From positions 186,001-250,000 of the forward strand of contig JAAOMT010000525.1 of assembly GCA_016748015.1 (NCBI GenBank): a stretch of DNA of 64,000 nt, given 5' to 3'. The translations under genes were made by a program, and so were the position numbers. The notes below the pieces were generated by a model, which had not been told where the DNA came from, made no database searches, and worked only from the letters and a program-made list of their open reading frames with translations. The stretch comes from Geosiphon pyriformis uo1 (Eukaryota; Fungi; Glomeromycota). The first letter of the stretch is position 1, and each line of letters starts with the position of its first letter. Positions 14,765 through 28,000 of the stretch are shown in pieces.

Positions 14765-17260
14765 AAAAATATTTTTATTTAATAAGTACAATTTAATTAC
14801 TATCTAATACAAAGAAACAAATTACAAGTTCCTAATTAAATATAACTTATACTTTTTTATATGTGACCAATTATTCAAACCAATCAAAATTACACTATAT
14901 ATTTATTTGAATTACAATATTATTATTCAAGCCAAAATAGAACAAACAAGATTTATAAAAATCAAAACTAACTGCAAATGCCTTATTAATCTTAAGCATA
15001 TAAATAATATCATTTAATAATTAAAAAAACATAGAATATAATAGCTCTAAAATCACTTCCATATTATTTATAAAGCTACTATTTTCTATATTTATCTTGA
15101 ATTTAAAACTAAAAACTTATATTATTTTTCTATATTGTTCAATTAATTTGACAAACAAATTTTATTACTATTAAAACAACTTTTTTCTTATTCTTGAATA
15201 TTAATAATGTCTCTTTAAACTAGTTTTTTATAACAAAACTTTTGTTAATAATTTTATATAAACATATATTTAACAAATTTATTAAAAAATTTTGTCCAAT
15301 TATTAATATTAAAAAAACATCAAAATTAACTAAAAATTTCCAATTAAAAATCATTTTTTGCATTATATTTTCACATAAACTAATATTATTTGAATATATA
15401 AATACATAATCAGAAAATTTTATTTTATTATATATTAAACACAAAACATTAGAATAACATCTGTTATAAAGCTTTTTTTTAATAGTAACTGACAATCTTT
15501 TATAAACAGTTTTCATAGATATATATACAAATTTAAAGACATTTTATTAATAAAACCAGTACACATATAAAAGTCAAAATGTCAAACTAACACTATATAT
15601 ATCCAATTAATATAATAAACAAATAAACCAGTCACAATTCTAATACCAGAATCTGTTTTCTATTTGGCACAATTAACTGATCTATAAATATTATGCACAA
15701 AATAGTAAATATTACTTAATATTGCTTGGCTATTAGCCAAAATAAATTTCTTATAAATACAATATTCAAAAAACAAATATAAATAAGCAGTATTATCAAC
15801 AATTATATCTGCTTAATTATTGTTAATATTACTTAGATGGTTCTTAATCTTTATCTACTTACTTAAAATATTCTTATTTTTGATTATATTAACAACATGG
15901 CTCTGTTTTAATCAACAAATATTATAAAAATTTGGTTATTACAATCTTATATTTAAGATACACATATTAATTACTGCTTAACTGTTTAAATATATAACTA
16001 CATAGCAAGATAAAAAAACATATTCCAAAGTTAATATAGCTGCTTGTAATTCTACTATTATTAATAATACCAAATTCTAAATTTTTACTTCAATACTCAT
16101 AATAATATCTAAAAAGTAAGCTATTGTTCTGCAAGCCATAAATAAAGAGTTTTTATTCTTTAAAAATTCATCAATATAAATAGCAAAACTACTAGATTAA
16201 ATCTAATACAAATAATTTTCAACAGCCAAAAATTTTACAGAATTCAAAACATTAAAGAGACTATAGACAGAAAGTATATTTAAAGAACCAAAACCAGAGT
16301 TGATTATAAATTTATAGATAATATTAAATTAGTAAGGCACTAAACTCCTTAAATTCAATCTTTTTTAATAATAAAACATTTTTAAATTTATAATTACTTT
16401 GTATTTATCTAAAAGTTTATTATCAAAAATCATGTCAAAGTATTTTAAAAAAATGATCACATTATAATAACAAAATACTCTCAAAATTTTTAACATTAAA
16501 AATTTTTTATGTTATAAAAAGCATTAAAAAAATTATTATTCAAAGAGAATCTATTGTTTAAAAAAATTCTTATTATATTTACAAGAAAATTGTTTATTGA
16601 ATTAATTTTCAACTTTATAAAAAATTGTAAAAGATCTAAAAATATTTATCTTAAAACCTGCAGATTTAAAAATTAATGATCAAATAAATATCCAAAAATA
16701 CTAATAGTATTAAAGAATATAATCACCAAGGCTGTTTTGTTTTTTCTCTGTATTTGTTTAAATAACTTTAACTAATACAAAGAAAAATAATGTAAAAATT
16801 CAATAAAAAAGTTATTTAACAAATTAATTTTGGTCTTAAGTCTTTTTTTATTAAGGTATTTTATTTGTAACATATATTTTTAAAAAAAAATTAAATTGTG
16901 TTCTATAATTAATAATTGGTTGTAGTACAACCAAAATTAAGTAAAAAGTTTTTTTAAAACTATATTAGCAAAAAACTTGACTTAAATATATTTTTAATCA
17001 ACAAAAAAATTTCCAAATATTTGTGTAACTTACTTTTATATACTATTATAATTAACAACCTGTTAATAAACAAAATAACAATCTTAATCTTCTAATTAAT
17101 AGAAATAATTACTATTTTCTTATTATTAATCAAAATATTATTGACAGAAAAAAATTTATTAATAATATCCAAAATATACTACATAAATATATGGCTACTT
17201 TTTATTCAAATTGTATTATTAACAAAAACATCAGCTGTCAAAAAAGAGTAATAGAAAAAT
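14765..17260 (-). mobile_element. AT-decayed LINE copy (RT C-terminal half to 3' UTR)
   Basis: Near 17200-17250 the minus strand reads SFLTADVFVNNTI*I versus SFLAAGAFVNDTIWV. ORF 15220..15516 KKKLYNRCYSNVLCLIYNKIKFSDYVFI matches the zinc finger. A decayed 3' UTR lies at 14770-14900. Confidence 0.8.
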
Positions 17261-18440
17261 TTTACTTAATTATAATATATTAAATAAAAATAAATATATT
17301 ATTGTTTAATAAATAATAATTAATTAATTAAATACAAGAAATTAATAAAAATTTACAAAATTTAATATTTTTAATAACTTAAATTAAAACCAAATTGAAT
17401 ATTAAAATAAAAATAGTTTATTATAAAAACTAATTTATAATTAGTTAAATATAAAAAAATAAACCAATAAAATAATACAAAAAATATAATTTTATTATTA
17501 TTATTATTTAATGAGTACAGTCCAGTCACTATTTAATATACAGATTTAAACATATATCAAACAATAATCTAATTTTTATATTAAATATTAATATAATTAT
17601 TATTATAAAATATAAAATTTTTAAGTTTACTATAATATTTTTTGAATTAATAGATATTTTATTTATTTTTTAGAAATAAATAAATAAAGTATTTAAACCA
17701 ATTAATACCAAAAAATCAATAGTTAAAAAATCAAAAAAAATTATTTATAATTTAAATTTAAGTTTTATTATTAAAAAACATAAAATAGACAATAAAAATT
17801 TATTTTTAATACAAATATATATTAATTATTATTGTTTAACAGTCATAAAAACACTTATTTTAACATAATTAAAAACATTTAAATTAAGATTATATTTAAT
17901 AAAACATATCTACTTTGTTTAGATATTTTTAAATATTTATTAATATTGATTTTATTATATATATATTTTTTTTTAATTATAATAAATTAATTAAAAAAAC
18001 TATTTTAACAATAATATTATTAATAAGTTTTATTACAATTTTATTACAAACTAATAGACTAAATTTTAATTAATATTATTATATTAAACTTAATAAAAGC
18101 TAATTTTATAGCTAATTTGAAAAAATTTATTAAAATTTATTTAATAATTATTTTTTAATTTATATATATGTTTATATATTTTAAATAAATATTTATAATT
18201 TGTGGTACTAATAACTTTTTTATAGTATAACAATGTTTTTCTGATGCTAATTTAAATATTATTAATGTTTATATAAATAAGTTTTTAAAAAACTTGAATA
18301 TATATAAGATAAGATATAGTACTCTTTCTTTTATTGATTCCTTGATCATAATGAGAGCATAGAGTAGTCAAAGAAATATCTTCCTTTTTCCTTATTCTCT
18401 TCTGTTCCCTTCAGTTATTTCTTTACATACACTTCTGTTC

Positions 18441-20404
18441 ATGACAATAGATCCAGTAGGCTCTTCTGCTGGTGGGTCAGCATCTGGTTTGGCTGGTGTG
18501 GGGACCCGTTCTGGCACTAAAAAGAAGGTGCGTGTTGAGAGTGTTTATGCTCGTGGTCCATCTTACAAGAAAGTGAAAAAACCTGATGATTCTGGTGTTG
18601 TTGTGGATTTGTTAGCTGGTTCTCTGCCTGTGGACATGCTACATGGTGGTGTTGACGACCAGAAGAAATCTTGGGGTAGTGAAATGAACAGCGAGGAATC
18701 AAGTGTTGGCGGGATTTCTGACATTGAGAACATGAAGAACACGATTGTGGAAGAAATGAGCTACGTCGATTCCGATGCTTCCGAGGATGATGAACTAATG
18801 GATAATGCTATACCAAAGGATTTGAGAATGAGAACGTACGTATTTGAACACCCGTCTAAGCAGCCTTCTTTCATTGATGTGGGTGGTGCTGGCGACGTTT
18901 TGGAGCTCCTTTCTTACATGTTCAATAGATCCAATCAGTTGCTGCCAGTCGCGTCACATGATTGGGAGATTCGGAGTTTTATTTCAGTGAAATTTTTTGC
19001 ATTGGATATTGAACTTTCTGCTGTTCCTGAGAAAACTGTTAGTGATAAGTTGATTTGTGTGAAAAAAATTTTTTATCAAGTTGATGGTTTTGGGGGGGCT
19101 TCAACTCCCTCAAAATTTCCAGGAATAATAAGGTCATCATTTACATCTGAAAAAAGTTTGATTAAGACAAAGGAAATAGCAATCAGTGAAAAAATTTTGG
19201 TAAATGATAATCTAAGAAAGTAAACAGCCATTCAGATCGGAAGGTGATCGTCAAAGAAATCCCAGTGGATCTTCTCAAATCGGCGATTGAGGCAGTGTTC
19301 TCCAAGTTTGGCAAGATTATTTCAATCAAAGTGCAGCTTATTGGTCTTTGACAAAAGGCCCTAGTGGAATATAAATCATCTGAGATAGCTGATTTGGTCG
19401 TGGCTAGATGGTCTGTGCTCATGGGAAAAGATTCCGTTCGCGTAGCAAAGGCAAGTGTTGATAAACAAACGTGAGTATCTAGAGATCAGCATCGGGCGTT
19501 GCTTTATACTCTTCCAGTTGGCACCACTGCCCATGATTTGTCTGTATTGGTGGAGGCCTATGGTGGGAAAACTTGTTTTATTGGCCATAATTCATCTTCA
19601 TATATTCGTAATCGGTGTGCTGTAATCTGTTTTGAGAGTGAGACATCTAAGTTGGCTGCTATTGGTTCGGTTCTGGTTTTCAAGAGTGTGAATTTGCATT
19701 GGGCTGATCTATCTTTGGCCTGTTGTGCAGTATGTAAACAATTCGGTCATGTTTCTGATGTTTGTTCTATGGGTGAGAATTCTGGTGCTCACAGTAAGCA
19801 GGTGGTAACTTCTCAGGATTGGGTTCGTCTGGCTAATGTATATAGGAGGAAACAGGCTTCTATCACTCACCCAGTTTTCTTTGGTGGCAAAACATGGGCC
19901 CAAGTTGCTAGTGGCACTTCTTTTTATGTGGTTTCTTCAGGTCTTTTTTCTGTTGGTGTTAGTTTCGGTGCAGGTTCTGCCTCGATAGAATCCTCCCCTT
20001 CTGATATCTTTGGTTTGTGCAGTTGGTTGGCAATTTTGGAATGCTCTTTGGAGCTTTTGGCAGACCGAGTTTCTGCCATTGCAAAGAAGCTGAGTTGTGT
20101 TAAGGTGGTATCTTCGAAGTCTTCTTCTCTAGCCTCTCATCCCATTGCGTCTACTTCTCTAGCCTCATGCATGGATTTGGATATAGTACTGGACGTTCTG
20201 TTGGTGGCTTCTCCTTCTTTTTGCCCTACCATTGATAATGCCAATCCTGATTTTGGTTCCAGTAGTTTGAAAGTTCTAACTGCCAAGGTTGGTGGTTTAA
20301 AGTCAAAGTTAATGGCTTTGGATGCATCAGTCGGCTCAGTGTTGGCAAGACTGAATATGTTGTGTTCTGGTTTGGGTTCTTTGGTTCTCTCGTCTTCTCA
20401 ATGA
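18441..20404 (+). pseudogene. LINE ORF1 (gag-like; RRM-like domains + CCHC zinc knuckle), disrupted
   Basis: RRM-like VIVKEIPVD...VFSKFGKIISIKVQL and LLYTLPVGTTAHDL...CAVICFES; CX2CX4HX4C knuckle CAVCKQFGHVSDVC. One frameshift near 19220 and in-frame TGA at 19349 and 19472. Confidence 0.88.
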
Positions 20405-23400
20405 CCGGTTTGATTTGAAAAGTTGCTACATGTAATGTTCGAGGCATAAACATTCCTGTGAAACAAGAAGATATAGTTTGTTGGCACAAGGACATTGGAA
20501 ATTTGGTTTCTATTTTTACTAAGACAAAGTTGAAGGATAAGGTTTGTCCCTAGATCACCAACAAGTTTGATGGTGTTCGGGTGTTTTCCTCTGGTTTGGA
20601 TTCTGGTTATCTGGGTGCTGGTATGGTGGTTGTTATGGACTCTTCTTTGGCAAGACATGTGTGTAGAGTTTCTGAAGTGCCTGGCCAGCTCTTGTCTGTT
20701 AGATTGCTTTTCAAGAATAAGCTCTCGGTGTTAATTCTAGGACTCTACGCTGGTGCTTCTTTGGTGGTGCGGTTTTCCCAGGCTGATGAGATTAACTCTC
20801 TTATTGCAAAGACTGTTAATAAATCTTCTTTTGTCATTCTCGGGGGTGATTTTAATGAAGACGGTTCTCATAAAAGTGCAAGTTTCAAAAGATGCTTTGA
20901 TTTGGGTCTGGTCAATTCTTTAGTTGGTAGCCCGGCTGCAAAAATGTTCACTTGAGAAAATTCTAGGAGTGTTACAAAAGTAATTAATTACATGTTTGTC
21001 TCCTCATGTTTTGTCAATGCAATAGTGCATCATAAGGTTTTGAATATCAGTGAGCATTTTGACACAGACCATCGAGCTGTTTCAGTGGATTTGGGTTTGG
21101 ATGGGCTTTTGAATACGCACTTGATTTCTCTTCGCAAGCAGGCGAATAGGGATTGTTGGAAGTTTGACATCAAAAATGCCAATGATGCTAGGTGGTTGGA
21201 GTTCAAGGATGCTTCAGCTGCTAATGTCTCTATGTTCTCAGATGTTTTTGAAGTGGCAGTGAGGTTTTCAGATGTGGACATTATGTGGGACATTGTTCGC
21301 AAGATCATGGTTCTTTCAGCGGGTGGTACATTCAAGAAAAAATGGTTCAAAGGTTTTGACGGCGTGTTTACCAGGACTTCTTCTAGGTTTCACAAACTGG
21401 AGCTGCTGGTTTCTAAGTTGGTTAAGGCCTCACATTTGGCTTCAAGTGATGGTTTTGCTTCTTTGTTAGAGATGTGGCACAGACTCAACTCTCCTGGTGC
21501 ATCAGAGGTTAAGTCTCTGTTTCTTTTAGGTTCTAATTTTGATATTATTTGTTCTGCACTAGCCAAAGCGAGAAAATTGTACCGCTCTTTGAAATTTTTG
21601 GAATCCAAGCATGCTGAAAAATCTTCAATCAAGCAGGCTATTAATAAAAGAATAGAGAGTTTTGAGCTAAACAAAGGTCACACCATTAGAAGTGTTTTGG
21701 AGTGTCTTTTTCACAAGGTGGTCCTAGATTATCTGGTTGTAGAAGAAGAGTTGATTTTGGAGCCCGATTTGGTTAAGTCCAAGGTGGACGAAATTATGGA
21801 GGGATGGACCAGAAAACATGAGGTGGTGTCTGACTTCTCTGAGGATTGGGTTCATCAATTTTGGCCTCTGGATTACGTGTTCGATAGTGCTTTCTCTGAT
21901 GTCATGTGCTCAATTAGTTTTAATGAGTTGTCAGCTGTTGTTAAAGATCTTCCTGATGGAAAAGCGGCTGGTCTTTCTGGTATCTCCAACGAATTGTGGA
22001 AACATTGTGACAAATCTATTTTGGATATGCTTTTGGTGCTCTTGAATTTCTGTCTGGTTGGCAAGTTGGTTCCTGGGCCTTGGAAGAAAGCTTGGGTTTC
22101 GATGATTCCTAAACCATATGAATGGGAGAGAGTTCTCACGAACACCCATCCTATAGCTTTAATTGAAATGGCCTGCAAGATTCTTTCCAAGATCCTTTCA
22201 GATAGGATCTCTTTGGCTTGCAGCACTTTTGATGTTCTTTGTAGAGACAATTTTTCAGTTTTGAAAGGTACGATGATGCAGTCTTCCATTTTTGCTGTTG
22301 GTTCTGTAGTTGAGAATGCCTTGGAGAAGAACCGTGAACTTTGGCTGGTTTTACAGGACATGTACAAGGCTTATGACTCAGTTAGTTGGGAACATCTTAG
22401 GAGGAGTTTGATTAGGATCAAAATATGTGACAGGTTTATTAGATTTTTTGGCAGCATTCACAATGGTCATGTCAACAGAGTGATGACTGACTTTGGTTTA
22501 ACTGATGGGTATTGTGTCTATGATGGGCTGGATCAGGGTGAAGTTTTCTTGTCTTTTCTCTAGCGTATTTTTTATGATTCACTTTTGTGCGAGGTCAAGA
22601 GGCAGGAGAGTGTGTGGGGCTATAGGTTGAATTCTCATTATGTTTCTAAAATAGGCCGAGTAGATCCTCATGCTGGATTGACTTCGTTTCTTGCTGCTGG
22701 TGCTTTCGTCAATGATACTATTTGGGTTGGTAGCAGCCAGACTGCTACACAACATATTCTGAATATTGCTAGTAAGTTTTTTAGGTTCAATAACATTTCT
22801 GTAAATAATGACAAGACAGTGGCCATTCCTATCAACTGTCAGGTGTTGGACTTTCGTTTAACTATCAGTGGCACGCCTATTTCCATTGCCAGGAAAGGAG
22901 AATCTCATTGCTATTTGGGTATTTTTTTGTCTTTTGGGGGTCTTTTGAAGCCTAGCTTGGCTAAAGTTCAGGCTGATGTACGGTTTTTTGTGAATCTTGT
23001 TTTGAGAAAGGCGATTTTAGACAAACAGTATACATATTTAGTGTCTGCAGTTCTTTTCCCTATTATCAGCTACAGGACTCAGTTCAGTTTTGTTTCTTTG
23101 AGTGTTTGTAGTAAATAGGACACTTTGGTATACAAGATCTTTAAGTTCAAGTCTGGGTTGCCATGTGATTTCCCCAGTGATGCTCTTCATTATCCCTTTC
23201 TGTACAATCTAAAGACTTTCGAACAAATCCAGGCTAAGAATAAATCGGCCTCCATTATTGCTTTTGCAAATTCCACTGGTGTCTTGGGTCGCTTGTTTTC
23301 ACATAGGTCTCATGACCTCCAGGTTCTCAGCTGGCATCCTTGTCATTCCTTAATGTTTCTGGTTTGTGTTGGTGTTAGTCTCTCAAATAATTTTTTGGCT

Positions 23401-25089
23401 GGTGTGGTCCGTATTTTTTCCGGGTGTGATTTGTCTTTGGGGGGCCCTCTGGCTTGTGCTTTTCATCGTTGGTATGGTACTTCTATGTCTTTGGTTCTAG
23501 GTGATTCCTGTTTTTTCAAGTGTGTTTCTTTGCTCAAGCGTTATGGGATTGCTTTTGTGGAACAGCTTCGTGACCGTAATGGTGATGTTTTTAGTTGGAA
23601 AACCTTCAAGTGTTGGAAGAGGCTGGACCCTCGTGGCCCAGTCCCTTTCTGGTTTGATCTCTCCGTTCGCTTTCTTGGTGGTGTTGTATCTCTCTTCTCA
23701 AGTTTCTTTTTGGTGGATGGTCATGCTGTGTCTAACATTTGTCTTTCTCATGATTTTGGTGTAGTTCATGATGCTTTGCCGACCGTTGGAACTGCCCGCC
23801 TTTTTGTGTATACAGATGGATCTCTTTTTGGTCTGGGCTCTGTTGACGTGAGGATGGGTGCTGCTGTTTTTTTTAAGGACATTAACTTGGGTTTGGGTGT
23901 TGGGATGTCTGGTTTGGTTTCTTCTACTCTAATGGAGCTGCAAGTCATAGCTTTGGCTCTTGAGTGTGTTCCTTTTTCTCGTTTGGTTGACTTGTTCTCA
24001 GATAGCCAAACTGCTTTAGATACGTATAGGTCGGAATTGTCACTGGCTCATCCGGATTTCAGGAACCACTATTGGATTGAATGTTGTCACATTACTATTG
24101 TCATTTGTCAGAAGAATTTGGATGTGAATTGGGTCAAGGTGAAGGGTCACTCAGGTGTCTCAGGCAATGATCGTGCTAATGCACTTGCTAAAAATGCTAT
24201 TCTCTCTGCTTGGCGCCTACCTTATTTAATCAGTGAACATTTTTTATGTGCTGGTGGTGTGGCAGTTTCTGGTAATTCTAGACACTTTGTTCGTAATGTT
24301 TTCCAGTCAGTTCATCAAGCTCGTTGGGAGGTTGGAGTGGGTTCTCGTGTCGTGAATAATAGGTTGCGTGCTGATATCAATTGGTCTAAGTCTTCTATGG
24401 TGTGGCACCCCGATTCTCACTTGGCATCCGGTTTTACCAGCATGCGCATGGCTAGCTGTCATACTTACTTTATGAAGGCTTTCCATCATCGGCTTTCTGT
24501 TGCTGTGCGCAAGCATTTGTATGATAGGAGATACCCCAGTGTGGTCTGTCTGTTCTGTGGTGATGTTAAGACCTTGGATCATGTCTTTTCGTGTCCTCAG
24601 GATGCCGTTGGTCATGCTCATATGTTGGGCACTCATGCTTCAGCTTGGAAGGCTCTTTCTGGCCTGTCTTGTTCTTCTTTTTGTGTCTTACAGACTTTGG
24701 CTTCTTGTGTTTCTGAAGTTAGAATTGGTGTTGCTCTGTATAAAGGCTTTGTTTTCGATGAGTGGTTTTGTGAATCTGTCTTGGTTTTTAATGATTCTGA
24801 TGAGGGTACTAAAAGGATTGTGAGCTTTGTGCATGGGTTCTGTCTTGCATTTCGGGATGACATTTGGTTGGTCTACGCCAGACACTGAGCATTTATGGAA
24901 AAGTGCGGTCTGATTCTGCATAACGGCTCCACTTTTGTTTCAGTTTCTGGTTTGTTTAAGGTGTTTTCGGCTGGTGTAGTTAAATTGCTGGGAGTGGCTG
25001 AGGCTTTTGGAGTTGGTTTCGGGTTTCATAGATTTTGTCCATTTTTTTCAGGTATTGGAGATTTGGTTTCTGTGCATATAGATGTATAG
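20401..25089 (+). pseudogene. LINE ORF2 polyprotein (APE endonuclease, reverse transcriptase, RNase H, C-terminal zinc finger), ~1560 codons with 6 in-frame stops
   Basis: APE motifs ATCNVRG, ILGGDFN, FDTDH; RT motifs KAAGLSG, PIALIE, QDMYKAYDSV, GLDQG, AFVND (DD mutated); RNase H motifs YTDGS, ELQVI, FSDS, VKGHSGVSGNDRA; zinc finger CLFC...HVFSC. All six-frame fragments from 20581 to 25089 lie in one frame. Confidence 0.95.
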
Positions 25090-28000
25090 TGTAGTCCTGA
25101 CTGGCCCAAGTGACTGGTCATGTGTAGAAAGCACATGATTTGCACCTAGTTTAGATCATTTGTATAATGTATAGCACTAGGTCGCATTTGGATCTCACTT
25201 GTTAAATAAAAAATAAAAAAATAAGATATAGTGTAACTGTATTTTTTGCCAACCTAAATCTAAGTATCAGTGTCAAAGTTGGTGGTTTAATGTTTTTTAT
25301 AATAACAAAATTACAGATAATTGCTTTGGCCTTAAAGTATGTTCTAGTTTCCAGTAATATTATAATATATTTAGATAGCTAAGCTGTTTTAAATGCTTGT
25401 ATTACAGAATTAGATATGACTTTATCAAACTTTTGCAATTATTATTGGCTTAAAAAACATTGTGTTATAAATTTTATTAAATATAAGAAGCTTACTATTT
25501 TCTGGGCCAAAATTAAAATCCATTTAAATATCTTGAATAATAAGTGTACTAATGTACTAGCTAATTTAGCATTGTGTTTAAATTTATTGTTTCCTTTTTT
25601 GTTAAGACAAAATATATCAAAACTAGTAAAATAACAATATTTAAAAATATTTATCATTTTATTTACAATATATTTAAAGTTATTTACTATATTTATTAAA
25701 AAATTGAATCTGAATCTAGTATTATTAATAAAAACATAATTAGAAATATAGATTGAGTTTAGATTTTATCAGTTTGGCATTTTAATTCATATATGACTTT
25801 CAGTTTTATAAATAGACTCATTGTTAGTTTGTATTCTTATTTTATAAAGGCTTTATATTATTGTTTGTCAATTATTATTTAAAAATACTTATATAATAGA
25901 AAATATCTCAATGTGTTGTATTTATATTGTAGAAAGATAAATTTTTTTAAATATTCTTTTATATATATTAAGAACTTTATTATTCATTTACATATGATTT
26001 AATAGAAATTTATATTGGGCTTGAACTTATTATTATTTTGTATTTTACAATTGTTTTTCTTATATGCTTTTAATAATACTGTCTATATTGCTTTGTGTAA
26101 AAGTTTTATGTTTAGAGAATATATATAGAAATTATTTTTGTTTTTAATTGCTTTAAAACTGCCAAAAAAAAATTGTCAAATTGGTATAAAGGTTGAAAAT
26201 AATTTATTGAACTAAGATGTAGTTGGTAAGAGTTAAATACAGAATAATTATAGAAAAAAAAAGTATGATTATATATAATAGTTTTGTGCCTCCAAAAATC
26301 TGTGAGTTTCCGACTTTGCTTTTTAATAGTGTTGTTAAGTTGCTTAGAATTGTAAAAATATATAGTGTTAGTTTTGGTTTTTATAAGCTTTACAGTTTTT
26401 TTTTTAGTACTAAGTATATGGTTTTTGTTATGATAGATTTATAATATTGTTCTAATTGGTCCAAGTAACTGGTTATATATAAAAAATACATGATTTGTGC
26501 TTAGTTTAGATTATTTAGTTTGATGTATTATGCTAGGTAATATTTGGGTTTTACTTATAAAATATTAATAAAAAAAATATTTATTACAAAATTTTTAGTT
26601 TTGTTTAAATTTAATTTAAATATAAACATAAATTTGATAATTTTATAAAATTATTTATTTAATAAAATAATTTTTTTTAAGAATTGTTAATAAATTAATA
26701 TTTAATATAAAAAACTTCATAAAATTAAGCACTATTTTTTTTAAGAAAAATAAAAGCAAAAAATTTCAAATTTTTATTAAACAAAAAAAATTAAGAATCT
26801 TATTATTATTACTTAAAGTATTAAAATTAGACTGTTTTACAAGTTTTTTTAACTTATAATATTAAGTATAAATTTTTTATAAAGTTATATTATATTTAAA
26901 TTTAAAATTACCCATTTTTTTATTAATAATAAAACTGGTTTTTTTATGTAAATATTTTTCATATTTAATGTTTATATCTTTATTAACACTATTATAATAA
27001 TTATTAACTTTATTATTTTAAAATAATAGTTTAAAACTTTTACTAATCTTAATTTTTATATTCAAAAATTTAGCAAAAAAACCCATAATTAATGTTTTAG
27101 TATTTAGTTTTCTAGTTTTTTTTTGCTTTGCCAAAAACATATACAAGAATATTTTTTTAATATTTAAATAAATTCCTATTTTATCTTTTTTTTAATTAAA
27201 GCAGTAAGAATAATATTTAATAAATTTAGCTTTACAAACAAAAATAATTTAAAAAAATAGTTTTACAAAAAAACTGAGTAGAAAAAAAAAGCAATAAATT
27301 ATTTCTTTAATAACTTTTTGTTCTCTTTATAAATAAAAAATTTATAAAAAAAAAAGTTTTAATATTTAAAAATAAAATAATAAATAAATAAAATTAAAAT
27401 AATTATTAATAAACAAAAAAAATAAAATTCATAAAATTTAAAACAGTAAATATTAATTTTAAAAAAAACATATAAAAAAATTTCAAAATTTTTTATAATA
27501 AAATATTGATTGCTATTTTTATTATAAAAAGAGCTTTAAAAATAATTCTGTTAAAAAAAACTAGAATTTGTTTTTTTTAGTTGTGGTTATAAAAATATGA
27601 GAAAAAAAAGTTAATAAGAACAATTATTAAAAAAATTTAGTTATTTAATTATTATTATTATTTTTTTAAAATAATATTTGGAAATTGTAAAATTCAATTT
27701 TTTTATCTTAATTATAGTATTTTAAAAAATTGATTTGTTTTTTTTTTTAAATTATTTTTAGCATTTTTTTCTAATTTTAAAGTATTTTTAAAAAAATTAA
27801 AGCTAAAACTTCTGACAAAAAATTGTAAATTTACCACAAAAAATTTAAAACTAAATTTAAACAATTAATTTGTAATTTATTTTGAAATAAAAAATTCATA
27901 ATCTTTATTTTAATTAATAATTTTGCAAATAATATTTACCATTTTTTTACTTGTTTAATTTGAAAATTTTGCTTAATTAAAATTTGGATAAATAGTTAAA

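Larger units (their letters stand above)
18321..25220 (+). mobile_element. Near full-length non-LTR retrotransposon (LINE, APE-RT-RNase H type)
   Basis: Two long ORFs, a 3' UTR ending in an A-rich tail (25204-25220), and an exact 12-bp target-site duplication ataagatatagt at 18309-18320 and 25221-25232. GC content is much higher than in the flanks. Confidence 0.96.
18190..26578 (+). mobile_element. Older AT-decayed LINE copy split by insertion of the younger LINE
   Basis: Joining 18267-18320 to 25233 onward gives VYINKFLKNLNIYKIRYS|VTVFF...TKLQIIALALKYV, a decayed RNase H (YTDGS...GAAVFF...ELQVIALALECV). 26445-26578 aligns to the 3' UTR and A-tail of the young copy. Confidence 0.85.

Noticed and set aside
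20401-25089. Stop-codon reassignment (TGA/TAG read as Trp) in LINE ORF2
   Set aside because: Both TAG and TGA occur together with D>N and E>K damage, and host genes terminate normally, so G>A mutation of TGG explains it.
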